Assembly: GCA_016188865.1 (NCBI GenBank)
Contig: JACPGX010000002.1
Coordinates: 2,398-66,397 of the forward strand
Length of the DNA stretch: 64,000 bases
Source of the DNA: Candidatus Nealsonbacteria bacterium
Lineage (GTDB): Bacteria > Patescibacteriota > Minisyncoccia > Minisyncoccales > MHMH01
Direction of reading: 5' to 3'
Below, piece by piece: positions 46,186-56,427 of this stretch. The notes below the pieces were generated by a model. That model did not search any database. It was not told the origin of the DNA and saw nothing but the letters and a program-made list of their open reading frames with translations. The position numbers and the translations under genes were made by a program. Position 1 is the stretch's first letter, and every line of letters begins with the position of its first letter.

Positions 46186-47304
46186 CTATCTAGCAAAAAA
46201 ATAGTAAATTTCAAAGAAAATGCCGAGAACGAAAAAAACAGGCAAAATATACATTAAGGGATTCATCGCTCTGGCAAATTTTTTAAGTAAAAAGGCGCGA
46301 TATAAAAATACAATAATTATTGCCTCAAAGCCCAAAGAAATAGCTCCGGTCAAACCGATAACGGCAATAAATTCTTTGAGGCCCAAGAAAAAGAGAATCA
46401 GCGGCAAAAAACAGGCGATAAGCCAGGACAATCTTCTCGGTAAACCGAAATCATACCAGAGAATTTTTTTAAAAGTCAGTCCCAAAGTGATAAAAGAGGT
46501 GAAGCAGGTAATCACTCCGAAAATAAATCCCAAACGAATTATGCCGTTGCCTAGAGTATTGGCCAGCCCGGAAATTGCTTCCTTGGAGGTATTTTGCCCG
46601 GTCGCGCCCAAAACCATGAAAATAAAAAATAAGTAAGTGACGACAGAAAGCAAAATTCCCGATACGATTACTCGTTTTAATAACTTCTTGGCGTCTGAAC
46701 CCAGCATTTCCTCCAATTCAGGTATCAAAGACGAACCCCATATGGCAAAGAGAATCACTCCGTAGGGCAAAGCGATAAAAGATAAATCGGTTTTTTGAAA
46801 ATTGCTAAAATCTATAAAGGGCGCGGCTTTAACAAAAATAACAATCAGAATGGCGAAAAAAACGAGGAGAAGCGAAAATTCCACCCGGGAAATATGTTTG
46901 ATGCCCCTTAAAATCAGGTAAGCGCCCGCGCCAAAAAAAAGAAGGGTGTAAATAAGATTATTGCCGCCAAAATAGGGGGCAAAGAAATATTCCAGAAATG
47001 TTCCCCCGACAATCAAATAAGCCAATATAGCGCCGACTAACCCAGAACCAATTGTCAGCAAAGTGATTTTTTTCCAATTAGGGCCCATATATTCCCCCGC
47101 AAATCCCGGTAAACGGTAAAGAGTTTCCGTGCCCAAGGCGACCTTGCCGAAAAGCAGATGAATCAGGATGGCGATAGTAGACATCGCTAAAAAATATATA
47201 AAAACAACAAAAAAGCCGGCCCTAGAAGCAATGTAGGGCAGGCCAAAAATTCCTACCCCGATGATTGTGCCGACAAAAACAGAAAGCGCCCTTATGAATT
47301 TCAT
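46186..47304 (-). CDS. Amino acid permease (aromatic amino acid transporter-like)
   Basis: GTIIGVGIFGLPY; about 11 TMs. Confidence 0.8.
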   Translation of the reverse strand: MKFIRALSVFVGTIIGVGIFGLPYIASRAGFFVVFIYFLAMSTIAILIHLLFGKVALGTETLYRLPGFAGEYMGPNWKKITLLTIGSGLVGAILAYLIVGGTFLEYFFAPYFGGNNLIYTLLFFGAGAYLILRGIKHISRVEFSLLLVFFAILIVIFVKAAPFIDFSNFQKTDLSFIALPYGVILFAIWGSSLIPELEEMLGSDAKKLLKRVIVSGILLSVVTYLFFIFMVLGATGQNTSKEAISGLANTLGNGIIRLGFIFGVITCFTSFITLGLTFKKILWYDFGLPRRLSWLIACFLPLILFFLGLKEFIAVIGLTGAISLGFEAIIIVFLYRAFLLKKFARAMNPLMYILPVFFVLGIFFEIYYFFAR

Positions 47305-47637
47305 TTATTTTAACAGCTTAATCCCCAATCCAGCTATCTGGCCGCCGCCAAATATAAGAATTCCGGCGAAAATCGACCAACTCATCAAATTCAAAAGCCC
47401 GGGGATTGAGTCCGTCGGCAGTAAACCCTTTAGCTGATCTTGAAGGAGATTTTGCAATTGAGCTTCTACGCCTTGCTGGGCATTGGGAGTCGCTTTAACC
47501 TGCTCAAATTTAAAAATATCCGGAGCTGAAGTTTTGGCAGTAAAAATATTATAAGAAGAATAAAGGCTGTAAAGAATAATCGCCAAGCCAGCCAAAAGCA
47601 AAATTAAGCCAATAAGTTTCTTAACGGAGTTCATCAT
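47305..47637 (-). CDS. Hypothetical membrane protein
   Basis: Two TMs, operonic. Confidence 0.65.
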   Translation of the reverse strand: MMNSVKKLIGLILLLAGLAIILYSLYSSYNIFTAKTSAPDIFKFEQVKATPNAQQGVEAQLQNLLQDQLKGLLPTDSIPGLLNLMSWSIFAGILIFGGGQIAGLGIKLLK

Positions 47638-47971
47638 AAAACGAAGATTTTTTAATTATTATTTTATAAATATTCTCTATAAAATCGCCGCCGGCGTATC
47701 CAATAATAAAAGCCAGTACCCCGCTGAAATTTCCCAAAAGAGTAAAGCCTATTTCTTTAACGGCCAATGTCGACAAAAGCCCGACTACTCCGGAAATAAA
47801 CATGGTTGCTAAAAAATAACGAGGCCTGAATTTTACTTCTTTATAGGAAAACATATATTTTACAAAACCAACCAAACCTCGCAGGATTCCTCCGGAAAAA
47901 CCGGCGAAAAAAATTAAAATCATAATTAAGATAATTATTTTACTCCTTGCCTTTAATAAATTTTTCTTCAA
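47621..47971 (-). CDS. Hypothetical membrane protein
   Basis: Three TMs, operonic; start uncertain. Confidence 0.6.
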   Translation of the reverse strand: MKKNLLKARSKIIILIMILIFFAGFSGGILRGLVGFVKYMFSYKEVKFRPRYFLATMFISGVVGLLSTLAVKEIGFTLLGNFSGVLAFIIGYAGGDFIENIYKIIIKKSSFYDELR

Positions 47972-48368
47972 CCGGCCTTAAAACAGCTAACACTAAAATA
48001 GCTAAAATAGCAGCGAAAATTGCCGGCATATAAAGCTTAATCCCCACCGCAGTTCCAATGGCTGCTGTTATCCAAAGGCCAGCTGCGGTAGTCAGCCCGC
48101 TGATATGAAACTCGCGATGAATAATGGAACCTGCGCCGATAAAGCCAATGCCTAAAACTATCTGGCCAATAATTCTGCTGGGGTCAAAGCCGGTAAATCC
48201 CGCAAAAAGCTTAATTGATTCAAAGGCAATTATTGTAAAAAAGGCCGCTCCCAAAGAAGCTAAAGCATAGGTCCTCAAGCCCGCTTCTTTTCTGCTGAAC
48301 TCTCTTTCTAAACCAACTAACCCGCCCAGCAGGGTAGCTAAAACTAATTGCCAAAACATCTCTAGCAT
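47940..48368 (-). CDS. MgtC/SapB family protein
   Basis: GLERE....AGLRT, DPSRI..QIV.GIGFIGAG, GLTTAA. Confidence 0.92.
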   Translation of the reverse strand: MLEMFWQLVLATLLGGLVGLEREFSRKEAGLRTYALASLGAAFFTIIAFESIKLFAGFTGFDPSRIIGQIVLGIGFIGAGSIIHREFHISGLTTAAGLWITAAIGTAVGIKLYMPAIFAAILAILVLAVLRPVEEKFIKGKE

Positions 48369-48382
48369 TTTAAAATTGGAGA

Positions 48383-48640
48383 TTAGAGTTTATAAACTTT
48401 ATATCCTTCCCTGACTTTTTGGTCAACTTTCAAGCCGACAGAATCGCCCTTCTTGGCTTTTTTAACTTTATCGCGCTCAATCTGCATTGATTCTACTTTC
48501 TGGGAAAAATCAGTTTCGCCGCCGACAATTCTTATTTCATCGCCTTCTTCTAATTTATCCGACAAATCAATCACTCCCACGCTAATGTTGCTGAAATAAT
48601 GGCTTATTTTGCCTATTAATTTTCCTTCTTTTTCTTTCAT
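48383..48640 (-). CDS. Small beta-barrel protein (EF-Tu domain II/U32 C-terminal-like)
   Basis: GKISHYF..ISV, Q.VESMQI, VGLKV. Confidence 0.75.
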   Translation of the reverse strand: MKEKEGKLIGKISHYFSNISVGVIDLSDKLEEGDEIRIVGGETDFSQKVESMQIERDKVKKAKKGDSVGLKVDQKVREGYKVYKL

Positions 48641-48656
48641 AAAAAATATAAATTTT

Positions 48657-49220
48657 TTACTTCGACCTTTTTGTTTTTTTAATAGCTGCGATTAATTTCT
48701 GAACTAATTTCTTCGGGTCGGTATCATACACAATAGGACCTCTTTTGGTATGGGGACGGGCTAGAATTATTTTGAGAAGGTCAGCTGTGCCTCCGGAGCC
48801 TTCCAAAACGCCAATTGGCTTTCTATCTTCATAGGCAATGGTAAATTCATTTAAGGTTCCCATCCTCCCGCAAACGACAATTACGCCGTCTGCTGCTCTA
48901 GTTAGTAAAAGATTCCTGCCGGAGTAATCAAACCCGGTATAAATTATGATATCAAATTGATCTAATGGAAGTTTATATACTTTTTTATGGGCCAACTCAG
49001 AAGCTGCCGGCGAAAATCCGATGCTGAATCCCCCCACCTCCTTGCATCCCACAGCAGCAAAATAAGGAACGCCGGTAGTAGCTCCGGTAAGTAAAAAACA
49101 ATCCTGCCAGAAAATCTGGCGGCCAACTTCTTTGGACAATTCTTCAATATTATTGCAGCAATGGCCAACTGCAGCTGCTCCAGAAACTGCTATCTTATAT
49201 TTTCCGGGATCGGGTGACAT
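48657..49220 (-). CDS. SLOG/LOG-family protein
   Basis: TGATTG.P, GFSPA, RN, G..GTLNE. Confidence 0.8.
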   Translation of the reverse strand: MSPDPGKYKIAVSGAAAVGHCCNNIEELSKEVGRQIFWQDCFLLTGATTGVPYFAAVGCKEVGGFSIGFSPAASELAHKKVYKLPLDQFDIIIYTGFDYSGRNLLLTRAADGVIVVCGRMGTLNEFTIAYEDRKPIGVLEGSGGTADLLKIILARPHTKRGPIVYDTDPKKLVQKLIAAIKKTKRSK

Positions 49221-49243
49221 ATTATTTATTATACCATACTTTG

Positions 49244-49316
49244 TGCGCCCAACTGGAGTCGAACCAGTAATCTTTGGCTTCGGAGGCCAATGTTTTATCC
49301 ATTAAACTACGGGCGC
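49244..49316 (-). tRNA. tRNA-Arg(CCG)
   Basis: Reverse complement GCGCCCG...TTGGC-CTCCGAA-GCCAA...GGTTCGACTCC...TGGGCGCA forms a cloverleaf; CCA not encoded. Confidence 0.95.
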
Positions 49317-49327
49317 TTTAATATTAG

Positions 49328-49369
49328 GAGGTCCGACCTCCACTCAAATTTGAGAGGAGGTCGGACCTC
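49328..49369. repeat. 42-bp palindromic element next to tRNA-Arg
   Basis: GAGGTCCGACCTCCACTCAAATTTGAGAGGAGGTCGGACCTC. Confidence 0.9.
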
Positions 49370-49453
49370 TCGCCATCTTTACAAATTAAAATATCTATGA
49401 TATACTCTATTGTATAGTAGCTTAAAAACTCGGCCCTGGAAAGGAGCTTTAAG

Positions 49454-49807
49454 ATGGATTTTGATAAAATAGCCGTATTCTTTTACTGCGCAACGTTGAA
49501 CCATTTCCTGGCTGACTTTCTCTCTCATCGCAAAAAGAAGGGAGCCTTCATTTTCCTGCATTGTTTTCTCTACGCCATGTTATTCATGCCCCTGTTCTGG
49601 TGGCTAGGGGTTAACCTTCTATGGCTATTTCTTCTTTTCTCTTCTCACTTAGCGATTGATTCCCAGTGGAAAAGACTGCTCTCGTTCTTTAACAATCAAA
49701 CCAAGGAGCAAGAAAAACTAAGCCAAACTACCCTAATAATTTTCACCGTAGGACTAGATCAGGTACTCCACCTCTCGATGCTGGTTGTTATTGCTTTCAC
49801 TTTTTAG
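49454..49807 (+). CDS. DUF3307-like membrane protein
   Basis: HFLADF, H...Y, SHLAID, DQVLH. Confidence 0.8.
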   Translation: MDFDKIAVFFYCATLNHFLADFLSHRKKKGAFIFLHCFLYAMLFMPLFWWLGVNLLWLFLLFSSHLAIDSQWKRLLSFFNNQTKEQEKLSQTTLIIFTVGLDQVLHLSMLVVIAFTF

Positions 49808-49817
49808 GGAGGGAAAA

Positions 49818-50012
49818 TTGGATAAAAAAACTGGGAAACATCATTTCCATATCCGATTTGAAATAGAAAAAGTGGGAATTTTCGAAAGATGGGCTTGGTA
49901 TAAAAACCGAGACAGCTTTGTCAAATCCTTGGCCATAGAATTCGAAAAGAGACTCCGCCGCAAGATTTTCATTAAAGTTCTTACCTTTGAAGAAATCCCC
50001 CACCCCGCATAG
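49818..50012 (+). CDS. Small hypothetical protein
   Basis: TTG after GGGAGG; ends in a hairpin. Confidence 0.4.
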   Translation: MDKKTGKHHFHIRFEIEKVGIFERWAWYKNRDSFVKSLAIEFEKRLRRKIFIKVLTFEEIPHPA

Positions 50013-50085
50013 GTTTGGGGGATTTTAATTCAAGATTATATGAGCATACCTTAGCGAATCAAGGTTCTCGCCAGGGGCGAGGTTC

Positions 50086-50781
50086 TTATTTTTCGGCGAC
50101 TAAATAAATATTCTGCCGTTTTTTATTTTTGCTTTTCGCAAAACCTATTTTTTTTACTTTTAAACCAACTTCCTCTATCGGTTTTGCTAATTCTTTTTTT
50201 GAAAACCAATGATAATATCTTTTAACATTCGTTTTGCCCCAGGGGTCCAAAACATCGCCAAAATCCAATTTTGATAAACCAAGTAATTTTTGAAGCGTAT
50301 ATTTTAAAAGCAAAAAGCGCATTTTGGGCTGAGAAAACTTCCAAACTGTCAAAATCAAAAGGCCGTTCGGCTTCAATACCCTTCTTGCTTCTTCTAAAAA
50401 CATCGAGCGCGATTCGCTTGATGGAATATGATGAAAAACAGCGATACTGTAAACTTTATCGAAAGAATTATCTGGGAAAGGCAGCTGCATAGCGTCGCCA
50501 ACCTGAAATTTCGCTTGGGGGTATCTGGTTTTAGCTATTTCAATAAGTTTCTCGGATGGGTCAATTCCCAAATAGTCTACATTTTTATTCATGCAAAATT
50601 CAAAAAATCGCCCATTACCGCAACCCAAATCTAAAACTTTATCGCCTGAAGCCAAATAATCATCAAATAGAAACTTGAGCTCGGGCCAAGGCTCTCGCCT
50701 TTTCCCGGAAAATTCTTCGGCAATCAAATTATAATCCTCTTTAGTTTTTCCCAACAAATATTGCGCGTAATTTTTATCCAT
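50086..50781 (-). CDS. Class I SAM-dependent methyltransferase
   Basis: VLDLGCGNG, LPFPDNSFD, RVLKPNG. Confidence 0.9.
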   Translation of the reverse strand: MDKNYAQYLLGKTKEDYNLIAEEFSGKRREPWPELKFLFDDYLASGDKVLDLGCGNGRFFEFCMNKNVDYLGIDPSEKLIEIAKTRYPQAKFQVGDAMQLPFPDNSFDKVYSIAVFHHIPSSESRSMFLEEARRVLKPNGLLILTVWKFSQPKMRFLLLKYTLQKLLGLSKLDFGDVLDPWGKTNVKRYYHWFSKKELAKPIEEVGLKVKKIGFAKSKNKKRQNIYLVAEK

Positions 50782-50818
50782 GGTATATTCATTTTAGCAT
50801 ATTTATAGGAGGCAAAAA

Positions 50819-51409
50819 ATGGCTGTCGGCAGAGTAGAATTCGAGAAAAAACTTAAAGAAAAAATAGATTTAACGCCAAGGGAATTTCAACTGATAATGC
50901 TTGCGTACAAGCTTGCCAAATACGGCCATGGCCACAAAGGCCAAATGCGTGATGACGGGAAAATCCGTTATTTTGAACATCCCAAAGCAGTAGCCCTTAT
51001 ATTAATCGAAGAAAATACGCGGTTTATCGTGGTTAAGCCATGGCAGATTGTCGCAGCTTTGCTGCACGATATTAAAGAGAATACTTTCATTCTATCGTGG
51101 AAAGATATCGAATTGATTTTTGGCAAACGAGTTAGAAAAAGCGTGAGAATTATGACTAAAGACGAGGTATTTCGTGGCGAAGTCTATTTCAAAAGGCTAT
51201 CTATGGCTTCATCGGAAGATATAGATAACAAACTTGCTGACCGCCTCCACAATATGCGCACTCTCGGTGATTGCTCTTCGGAAAAACAAAAAGAATATCT
51301 CAAAGAAACTGTTGATTTTTATCTGCCTCTGGCAAAAAAACGCAACGGTTATCTCTATTTCTTGTTAGAACAAGAATGCAAAAAATACGCCAACAAAGAA
51401 CTGCCCTAA
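50819..51409 (+). CDS. HD-domain protein, small alarmone hydrolase (SpoT-HD/Mesh1-like)
   Basis: H.GQ.R, Y..HP, AALLHD..E, KLADRLHNMRTL. Confidence 0.85.
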   Translation: MAVGRVEFEKKLKEKIDLTPREFQLIMLAYKLAKYGHGHKGQMRDDGKIRYFEHPKAVALILIEENTRFIVVKPWQIVAALLHDIKENTFILSWKDIELIFGKRVRKSVRIMTKDEVFRGEVYFKRLSMASSEDIDNKLADRLHNMRTLGDCSSEKQKEYLKETVDFYLPLAKKRNGYLYFLLEQECKKYANKELP

Positions 51410-51460
51410 ACAGTTCTTTTTATTTACAAAACCCCTCGGAAAACATATAATAATTAGGTT

Positions 51461-53017
51461 ATGAATACTGCCGAAATAATGATTATGGAAATTATGAAAA
51501 ACCGGCTGAAAACTCCGGAGGATTTGGCATCTGTAAAAAGGAAAATGTCAAAAAAATACAAAGTCCCCTGTCCCAGCAATATTAAACTGTTAGAAACTTA
51601 CCGTAAAATGCTTGAGAATAAAAAAATTAAAAAAACTCCGCTGATTGAAAAATTACTGCGAACCCGGCCGGTAAGATCGCTTTCCGGCATTGTAAACATT
51701 TCGGTTTTAACCAAACCCTACCCTTGCCCCGGAAAATGTATTTATTGTCCCACCGAAAAAGGCATTCCCAAAAGCTATGTCTCCGGAGAACCAGCCGTAG
51801 AAAGAGCAAAAAAATTAAATTTTGACCCCTATTTACAGGTAAAAAAAAGAATTGAAACCTTGGAAATGGAAGGCCACCCTACGGATAAAATAGAGCTGCG
51901 CATAGTTGGTGGAACATGGTCTTATTACCCAAAAAAATACCAGGAATGGTTCATCAAGCGCTGCTTTGAATCTTGCAATAATGGTCGGACGTCGGGTTTC
52001 CGACCAACTCAGAGGTTCAATGAGCGAGCTCGGCACCGTATTGTCGGACTATCTATAGAAACTAGACCAGACTTTATAAATCTCGGCGAGATTAAATGGC
52101 TTAGAGAACTTGGCGTAACAATGGTTGAGCTGGGGGTTCAATCAATTTACGACGATGTTTTAAAATTCAATAATCGCGGCCATGGGGTGAAGGAGATAAG
52201 CGAGGCCACCAAACTCTTAAAAAATGCTGGCTTCAAAATCCTTTATCAAATGATGCCCAATCTGCCCGGCTCAACTTCAACTCGTGATTTAAAAATGTTC
52301 GGAGAACTGTCCTCTGATTTTCGATTTAAGCCAGATTTATTAAAAATATATCCGTGTGCTTTAGTTAAAGGAGCGCCGCTTTACAAATTATGGAAAAATA
52401 AAAAATATAAACCGTATACTGAAAAACAACTAATAAATTTAGTGAAATCAATCAAAAAAATCATCCCCTATTATGTGAGGATACAAAGAATCACCAGAGA
52501 CATTCCTTCTCATAGCATAGCGGCCGGGCCTGCAAAAATATCAAATTTACGGCAAATAGTTTCCGGTAATTGTAAGTGCATCCGCTGCCGGGAAGTGGGG
52601 GCAAATTACGATCCCAAGGAAAAATTATATTTATTCCGCCAAGATTACAACGCCTCCGGCGGCAAGGAGATTTTTTTATCTTTTGAAAACAAAAATCGAA
52701 GCAAACTTTACTCCCTACTCCGCCTTCGTCTATGTAACGGGTCGTACCAGTTACATGGGGCAGTTATCCGGGAGCTTCACACTTACGGCCAATCGCTAGA
52801 GGTCTGGCATCCCTCCAAATTTGGGGGAGGTCGGACCTCTCCCTCTCCGCAACACAAGGGATTGGGGAGAAAACTCATCAAAGAGGCGGAAAAAATCTCC
52901 GAAAAAGAATTCGGCTTTAATAAAATTACGGTAATTTCCGGTATCGGCGCAAGAGATTACTATCGAAAACTCGGCTATAGACTGGAAAATACTTATATGG
53001 TAAAAAAATTAAGATAG
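51461..53017 (+). CDS. Elp3 tRNA U34 acetyltransferase (radical SAM plus GNAT)
   Basis: CPGKCIYCP, ETRPD, ELGVQS, IRELH.YG, QHKGLG, YY.KLGY. Confidence 0.92.
   Translation: MNTAEIMIMEIMKNRLKTPEDLASVKRKMSKKYKVPCPSNIKLLETYRKMLENKKIKKTPLIEKLLRTRPVRSLSGIVNISVLTKPYPCPGKCIYCPTEKGIPKSYVSGEPAVERAKKLNFDPYLQVKKRIETLEMEGHPTDKIELRIVGGTWSYYPKKYQEWFIKRCFESCNNGRTSGFRPTQRFNERARHRIVGLSIETRPDFINLGEIKWLRELGVTMVELGVQSIYDDVLKFNNRGHGVKEISEATKLLKNAGFKILYQMMPNLPGSTSTRDLKMFGELSSDFRFKPDLLKIYPCALVKGAPLYKLWKNKKYKPYTEKQLINLVKSIKKIIPYYVRIQRITRDIPSHSIAAGPAKISNLRQIVSGNCKCIRCREVGANYDPKEKLYLFRQDYNASGGKEIFLSFENKNRSKLYSLLRLRLCNGSYQLHGAVIRELHTYGQSLEVWHPSKFGGGRTSPSPQHKGLGRKLIKEAEKISEKEFGFNKITVISGIGARDYYRKLGYRLENTYMVKKLR
52798..52840. 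repeat. Palindromic element, same family, inside Elp3
   Basis: AGAGGTCTGGCATCCCTCCAAATTTGGGGGAGGTCGGACCTCT. Confidence 0.8.
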
Positions 53018-53038
53018 CACCTTGCCATAAAGGAGGCT

Positions 53039-53896
53039 GTGATGAAAGAGATAAAGACTGTCGGAGTGGTTGGGGCTGGCACAATGGGCCAGGGTATTGC
53101 TCAAATTTGCGGCCAAAAGGGCTTTGTTACGCTTATCCATGATATTGACCGCACCAGGCTCATAAAAGGATCTAATAATATAACAGAAAATCTATACAAG
53201 CTGCGCGACAAAGGCAAAATTACTCAAGAAGAGTGGAACGCCATGGCTGGCAGAATGTATGTTGCTTACGATTTAGAAAACTTAAAAACTGCTGATTTGG
53301 TTATTGAAGCTATTGTCGAAAAGGAAGCGGCGAAAATGGCTTTGTATAAACAATTGAGTGTAATTTGCCCGGAAAAAACAATTTTTGCCACAAACACCTC
53401 ATCAATCTCAATCACCAAACTGGCGAACGCTACAAAAAGGCCAGAAAAATTTATCGGCATTCATTTTATGAATCCTGCGACGATAATGCCGCTGATCGAA
53501 GTCATCAAGGGCTTGCGTACATCGGAAGAAACATTGCAAGCTGCCATGGATTTTTGCAGAAAACTTGATAAAACGCCTCTTTTATCCAACGACTCGCCCG
53601 GGTTCATTGTCAATAGAATCTTAATGCCGATGATTAATGAAGCAATTTTTGCTTTCCAGGAAGAAGTGGCTGATGCTAAAACCATAGATGAAGCAATGAA
53701 ATTGGGCACTAATCAAAAAATGGGGCCGCTGGAACTAGCTGATTTTATCGGACTGGATATTTGTTTGGCCATAATGGAAACTCTCTATCGTGATCTTAAT
53801 AATCCTAAATATCAACCGTGCCCGCTTCTTAGGAAATATGTTGCTGACGGATTCTTGGGCAGAAAAACTGGAAAAGGATTTTATGAATATAAATAA
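53039..53896 (+). CDS. hbd: 3-hydroxybutyryl-CoA dehydrogenase
   Basis: [49 protein letters not shown]. Confidence 0.9.
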   Translation: MMKEIKTVGVVGAGTMGQGIAQICGQKGFVTLIHDIDRTRLIKGSNNITENLYKLRDKGKITQEEWNAMAGRMYVAYDLENLKTADLVIEAIVEKEAAKMALYKQLSVICPEKTIFATNTSSISITKLANATKRPEKFIGIHFMNPATIMPLIEVIKGLRTSEETLQAAMDFCRKLDKTPLLSNDSPGFIVNRILMPMINEAIFAFQEEVADAKTIDEAMKLGTNQKMGPLELADFIGLDICLAIMETLYRDLNNPKYQPCPLLRKYVADGFLGRKTGKGFYEYK

Positions 53897-53901
53897 AAAT
53901 A

Positions 53902-53934
53902 GAAAAGGAGTGATTTTTCAATCACTCCTTTTTT
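53902..53934. terminator. Bidirectional terminator between convergent genes
   Basis: AAAAGGAGTGA...TCACTCCTTTT. Confidence 0.75.
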
Positions 53935-53936
53935 GT

Positions 53937-55097
53937 TTATTCGTTTCCAAAAGCAGAAATGCCGGTAATATCTTTTCCAATAATCAAGAGATGGATATTA
54001 TGCGTTCCTTCGTAAGTAGAAACTGCTTCCAAGTTCATCATATGCCTGACAATTCTGTGATCCAGATGAATGCCATTGGCTCCCAGTAAATCTCTGGCAT
54101 CCCGGGCGATTTTCAGGGCGTGATAAACATTATTCATTTTAGCCATTGATATTTGCTGATGGCGCTCCTTGCCCTCATCCTCCAATCTGCCTAATTGAAG
54201 CGCCAATAATTGACCCTTGGTAATTTCAGTAAGCATTTCTACCAGACTTTTTTGAACCAGCTGAAATGACGCTATGGGTTTGCCAAATTGCTTTCTTTGT
54301 TTGGTGTAATTCAAGGCTATTTCATAACATTCAATAGCTGCCCCTAAAGCTCCCCAGGCAATACCGTAACGAGCTTCATTCAAACACATTAGGATAGCTT
54401 TTAATCCTTCAGCTTTGGGCAGCATATTCTTTTCAGGGACGGCGACATTATCCAAAATCAACTCCGAAGTGACTGAAGCTCTTAAAGACATCTTGCCTTT
54501 GATATCAACAGCCGAAAATCCTTCCATGCCTTTTTCCACCAAAAAACCCCTTATGCCTTTTTGAGTTTTTGCCCAGACAATAGCCACATCGGCAATACTG
54601 CCATTGGTAATCCACATTTTAGTTCCGTTGAGAATATAGTTCTCCCCGTCTTTTTTAGCCGTGGTTTTCATGCTGGCGGGATCGGAACCAGCGTCAGGCT
54701 CGGTTAAGCCAAAACAGCCGATTTTTTCTCCTGAAGCCAGTTTTGGCAGCCAAAAATTTTTCTGTTCTTCAGAACCAAAAGTTTCAATCGGATACATCAC
54801 TAAAGAATTAGTCACGGAAACAAAACTTCGCAATCCGCTGTCGCCTCTTTCTAATTCTTGGCAAACCAGTCCGTAAACCATATTACTGGCTCCCGGACAG
54901 CCGTAGCCTTGAGTTTTTATTCCCAAAAGGCCAAGCTGGGCAAGCTGCGGGATAATCTCCCTTGGAAAGCGATCTTTCTCAAAACAGTCCTTAATAATTG
55001 GCAGATAATTTTTACCTACCCACTTCTGCACTTCATCTCTTATATTTTTTTCATCTTCAGAAAGCGAATCATTTATTCCATAGTAATCAGTCGCCAT
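53937..55097 (-). CDS. Acyl-CoA dehydrogenase, glutaryl-CoA dehydrogenase-like
   Basis: ELERGDSG.RS, FGLTEPD.GSDP, K.SLRAS.T, ARYGIAWG, TYEGT. Confidence 0.88.
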   Translation of the reverse strand: MATDYYGINDSLSEDEKNIRDEVQKWVGKNYLPIIKDCFEKDRFPREIIPQLAQLGLLGIKTQGYGCPGASNMVYGLVCQELERGDSGLRSFVSVTNSLVMYPIETFGSEEQKNFWLPKLASGEKIGCFGLTEPDAGSDPASMKTTAKKDGENYILNGTKMWITNGSIADVAIVWAKTQKGIRGFLVEKGMEGFSAVDIKGKMSLRASVTSELILDNVAVPEKNMLPKAEGLKAILMCLNEARYGIAWGALGAAIECYEIALNYTKQRKQFGKPIASFQLVQKSLVEMLTEITKGQLLALQLGRLEDEGKERHQQISMAKMNNVYHALKIARDARDLLGANGIHLDHRIVRHMMNLEAVSTYEGTHNIHLLIIGKDITGISAFGNE

Positions 55098-55174
55098 TCG
55101 CACGCCTCCTTAATTTTCAAATTACAAATCTTTCTTATCTTATATAAATTAAAAGAAAAGTCAACCCAGATGAC

Positions 55175-56422
55175 TTATGTTCCTTCCTGCCAACTGGATA
55201 GGTATTTTTTTTGTTCCTCGGTTAGTTCGTCGATCGTAATATCCATAGCTTCCAGCTGAAGTTTGGCGATAAAATCATCTAATTCTTCCGGCAGCATAAT
55301 AACATCTGTCGGTAATTTTCCCTTACTCTTAACTAAATATTCAACCGAAAGCGCTTGGCCGCAAAATGAAGTGGACATTACTTCTGAGGGGTGGCCTTCG
55401 GCAGCAGCCAAATTGACTAATCTGCCTTCGCCGGCAACAAAAATCTTCTTTCCCTGCACCATATATTCATCTAAAGAAGGCCGAACCCGCCTTACAGATT
55501 CCGATATTTTCTTTAATCCCTTGAGATCTATTTCCACGTCAAAGTGCCCGGAATTGGCAAGAATGACTCCGTCTTTCATAACTTGCATATGTTCAGACCT
55601 GACAACATTAAGATCGCCTGTTAGCGTTATAAATATATCGCCGATTTTAGCCGCTTCCTCCATGGGAAGCACCCTAAAGCCGTCGTAAGCTGCCTGAAGC
55701 GCTGGAAAATTCGCCACTTCTGTTACGATAACGTTTGCTCCCATGCCCTTCGCTCTCATTGCCGCCCCCTTGCCGCAGCTTCCATAGCCGGCAATAACCA
55801 CATTTTTTCCGGCCACTAAAATATTAGACGATCTTATAATCCCATCCCAGGTTGATTGGCCTGTGCCATAATAATTATCCAATAAATGCTTAGTTTTATT
55901 ATCATTAACGGCAATTATCGGGTATTTTAAAGCGCCGTCTTTTTTCATGGCTTTTAATCTTACTATGCCGGTGGTTGTTTCTTCGCAGCCGCCGATAATT
56001 TGCGGAATCAAATTTTCATGCTTCTTATGAATTTCCGAAACCAAATCCATGCCGTCATCAATGGTAATGTGCGGTTTAAAATCAATCACGTATTCTAAAT
56101 AGCGATAATAATCTTCGGTTGTTTCTCCCTTATATGCCCAAACATTGACGCCATCTGACGCCAAGGCGGCTGCTACATCGTCTTGAGTGCTTAAGGGGTT
56201 ACACCCGGTAATAGCCACTTGGGCGCCGCCAGCCATAAGAGTTTTAACTAAAACAGCGGTTTCTTTAGTAACATGAAGGGCCAGACCCACTCTTATGCCC
56301 TGAAGCGGCTTTTCTTTTTCAAAGCGTTTCTTTATTTTCATCAAGGCACCCATATGCATCTCTGCTAATTCTATATTTAATTTTCCCTGCTCGGCTAATT
56401 TTATATCTTTTACTTCGTGCAT
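55175..56422 (-). CDS. ahcY: Adenosylhomocysteinase
   Basis: HVTKETA, CNPLSTQD, EETTTG, DN.YGTG, GRLVNL, GHPSEVM. Confidence 0.95.
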   Translation of the reverse strand: MHEVKDIKLAEQGKLNIELAEMHMGALMKIKKRFEKEKPLQGIRVGLALHVTKETAVLVKTLMAGGAQVAITGCNPLSTQDDVAAALASDGVNVWAYKGETTEDYYRYLEYVIDFKPHITIDDGMDLVSEIHKKHENLIPQIIGGCEETTTGIVRLKAMKKDGALKYPIIAVNDNKTKHLLDNYYGTGQSTWDGIIRSSNILVAGKNVVIAGYGSCGKGAAMRAKGMGANVIVTEVANFPALQAAYDGFRVLPMEEAAKIGDIFITLTGDLNVVRSEHMQVMKDGVILANSGHFDVEIDLKGLKKISESVRRVRPSLDEYMVQGKKIFVAGEGRLVNLAAAEGHPSEVMSTSFCGQALSVEYLVKSKGKLPTDVIMLPEELDDFIAKLQLEAMDITIDELTEEQKKYLSSWQEGT

Positions 56423-56427
56423 AAATA

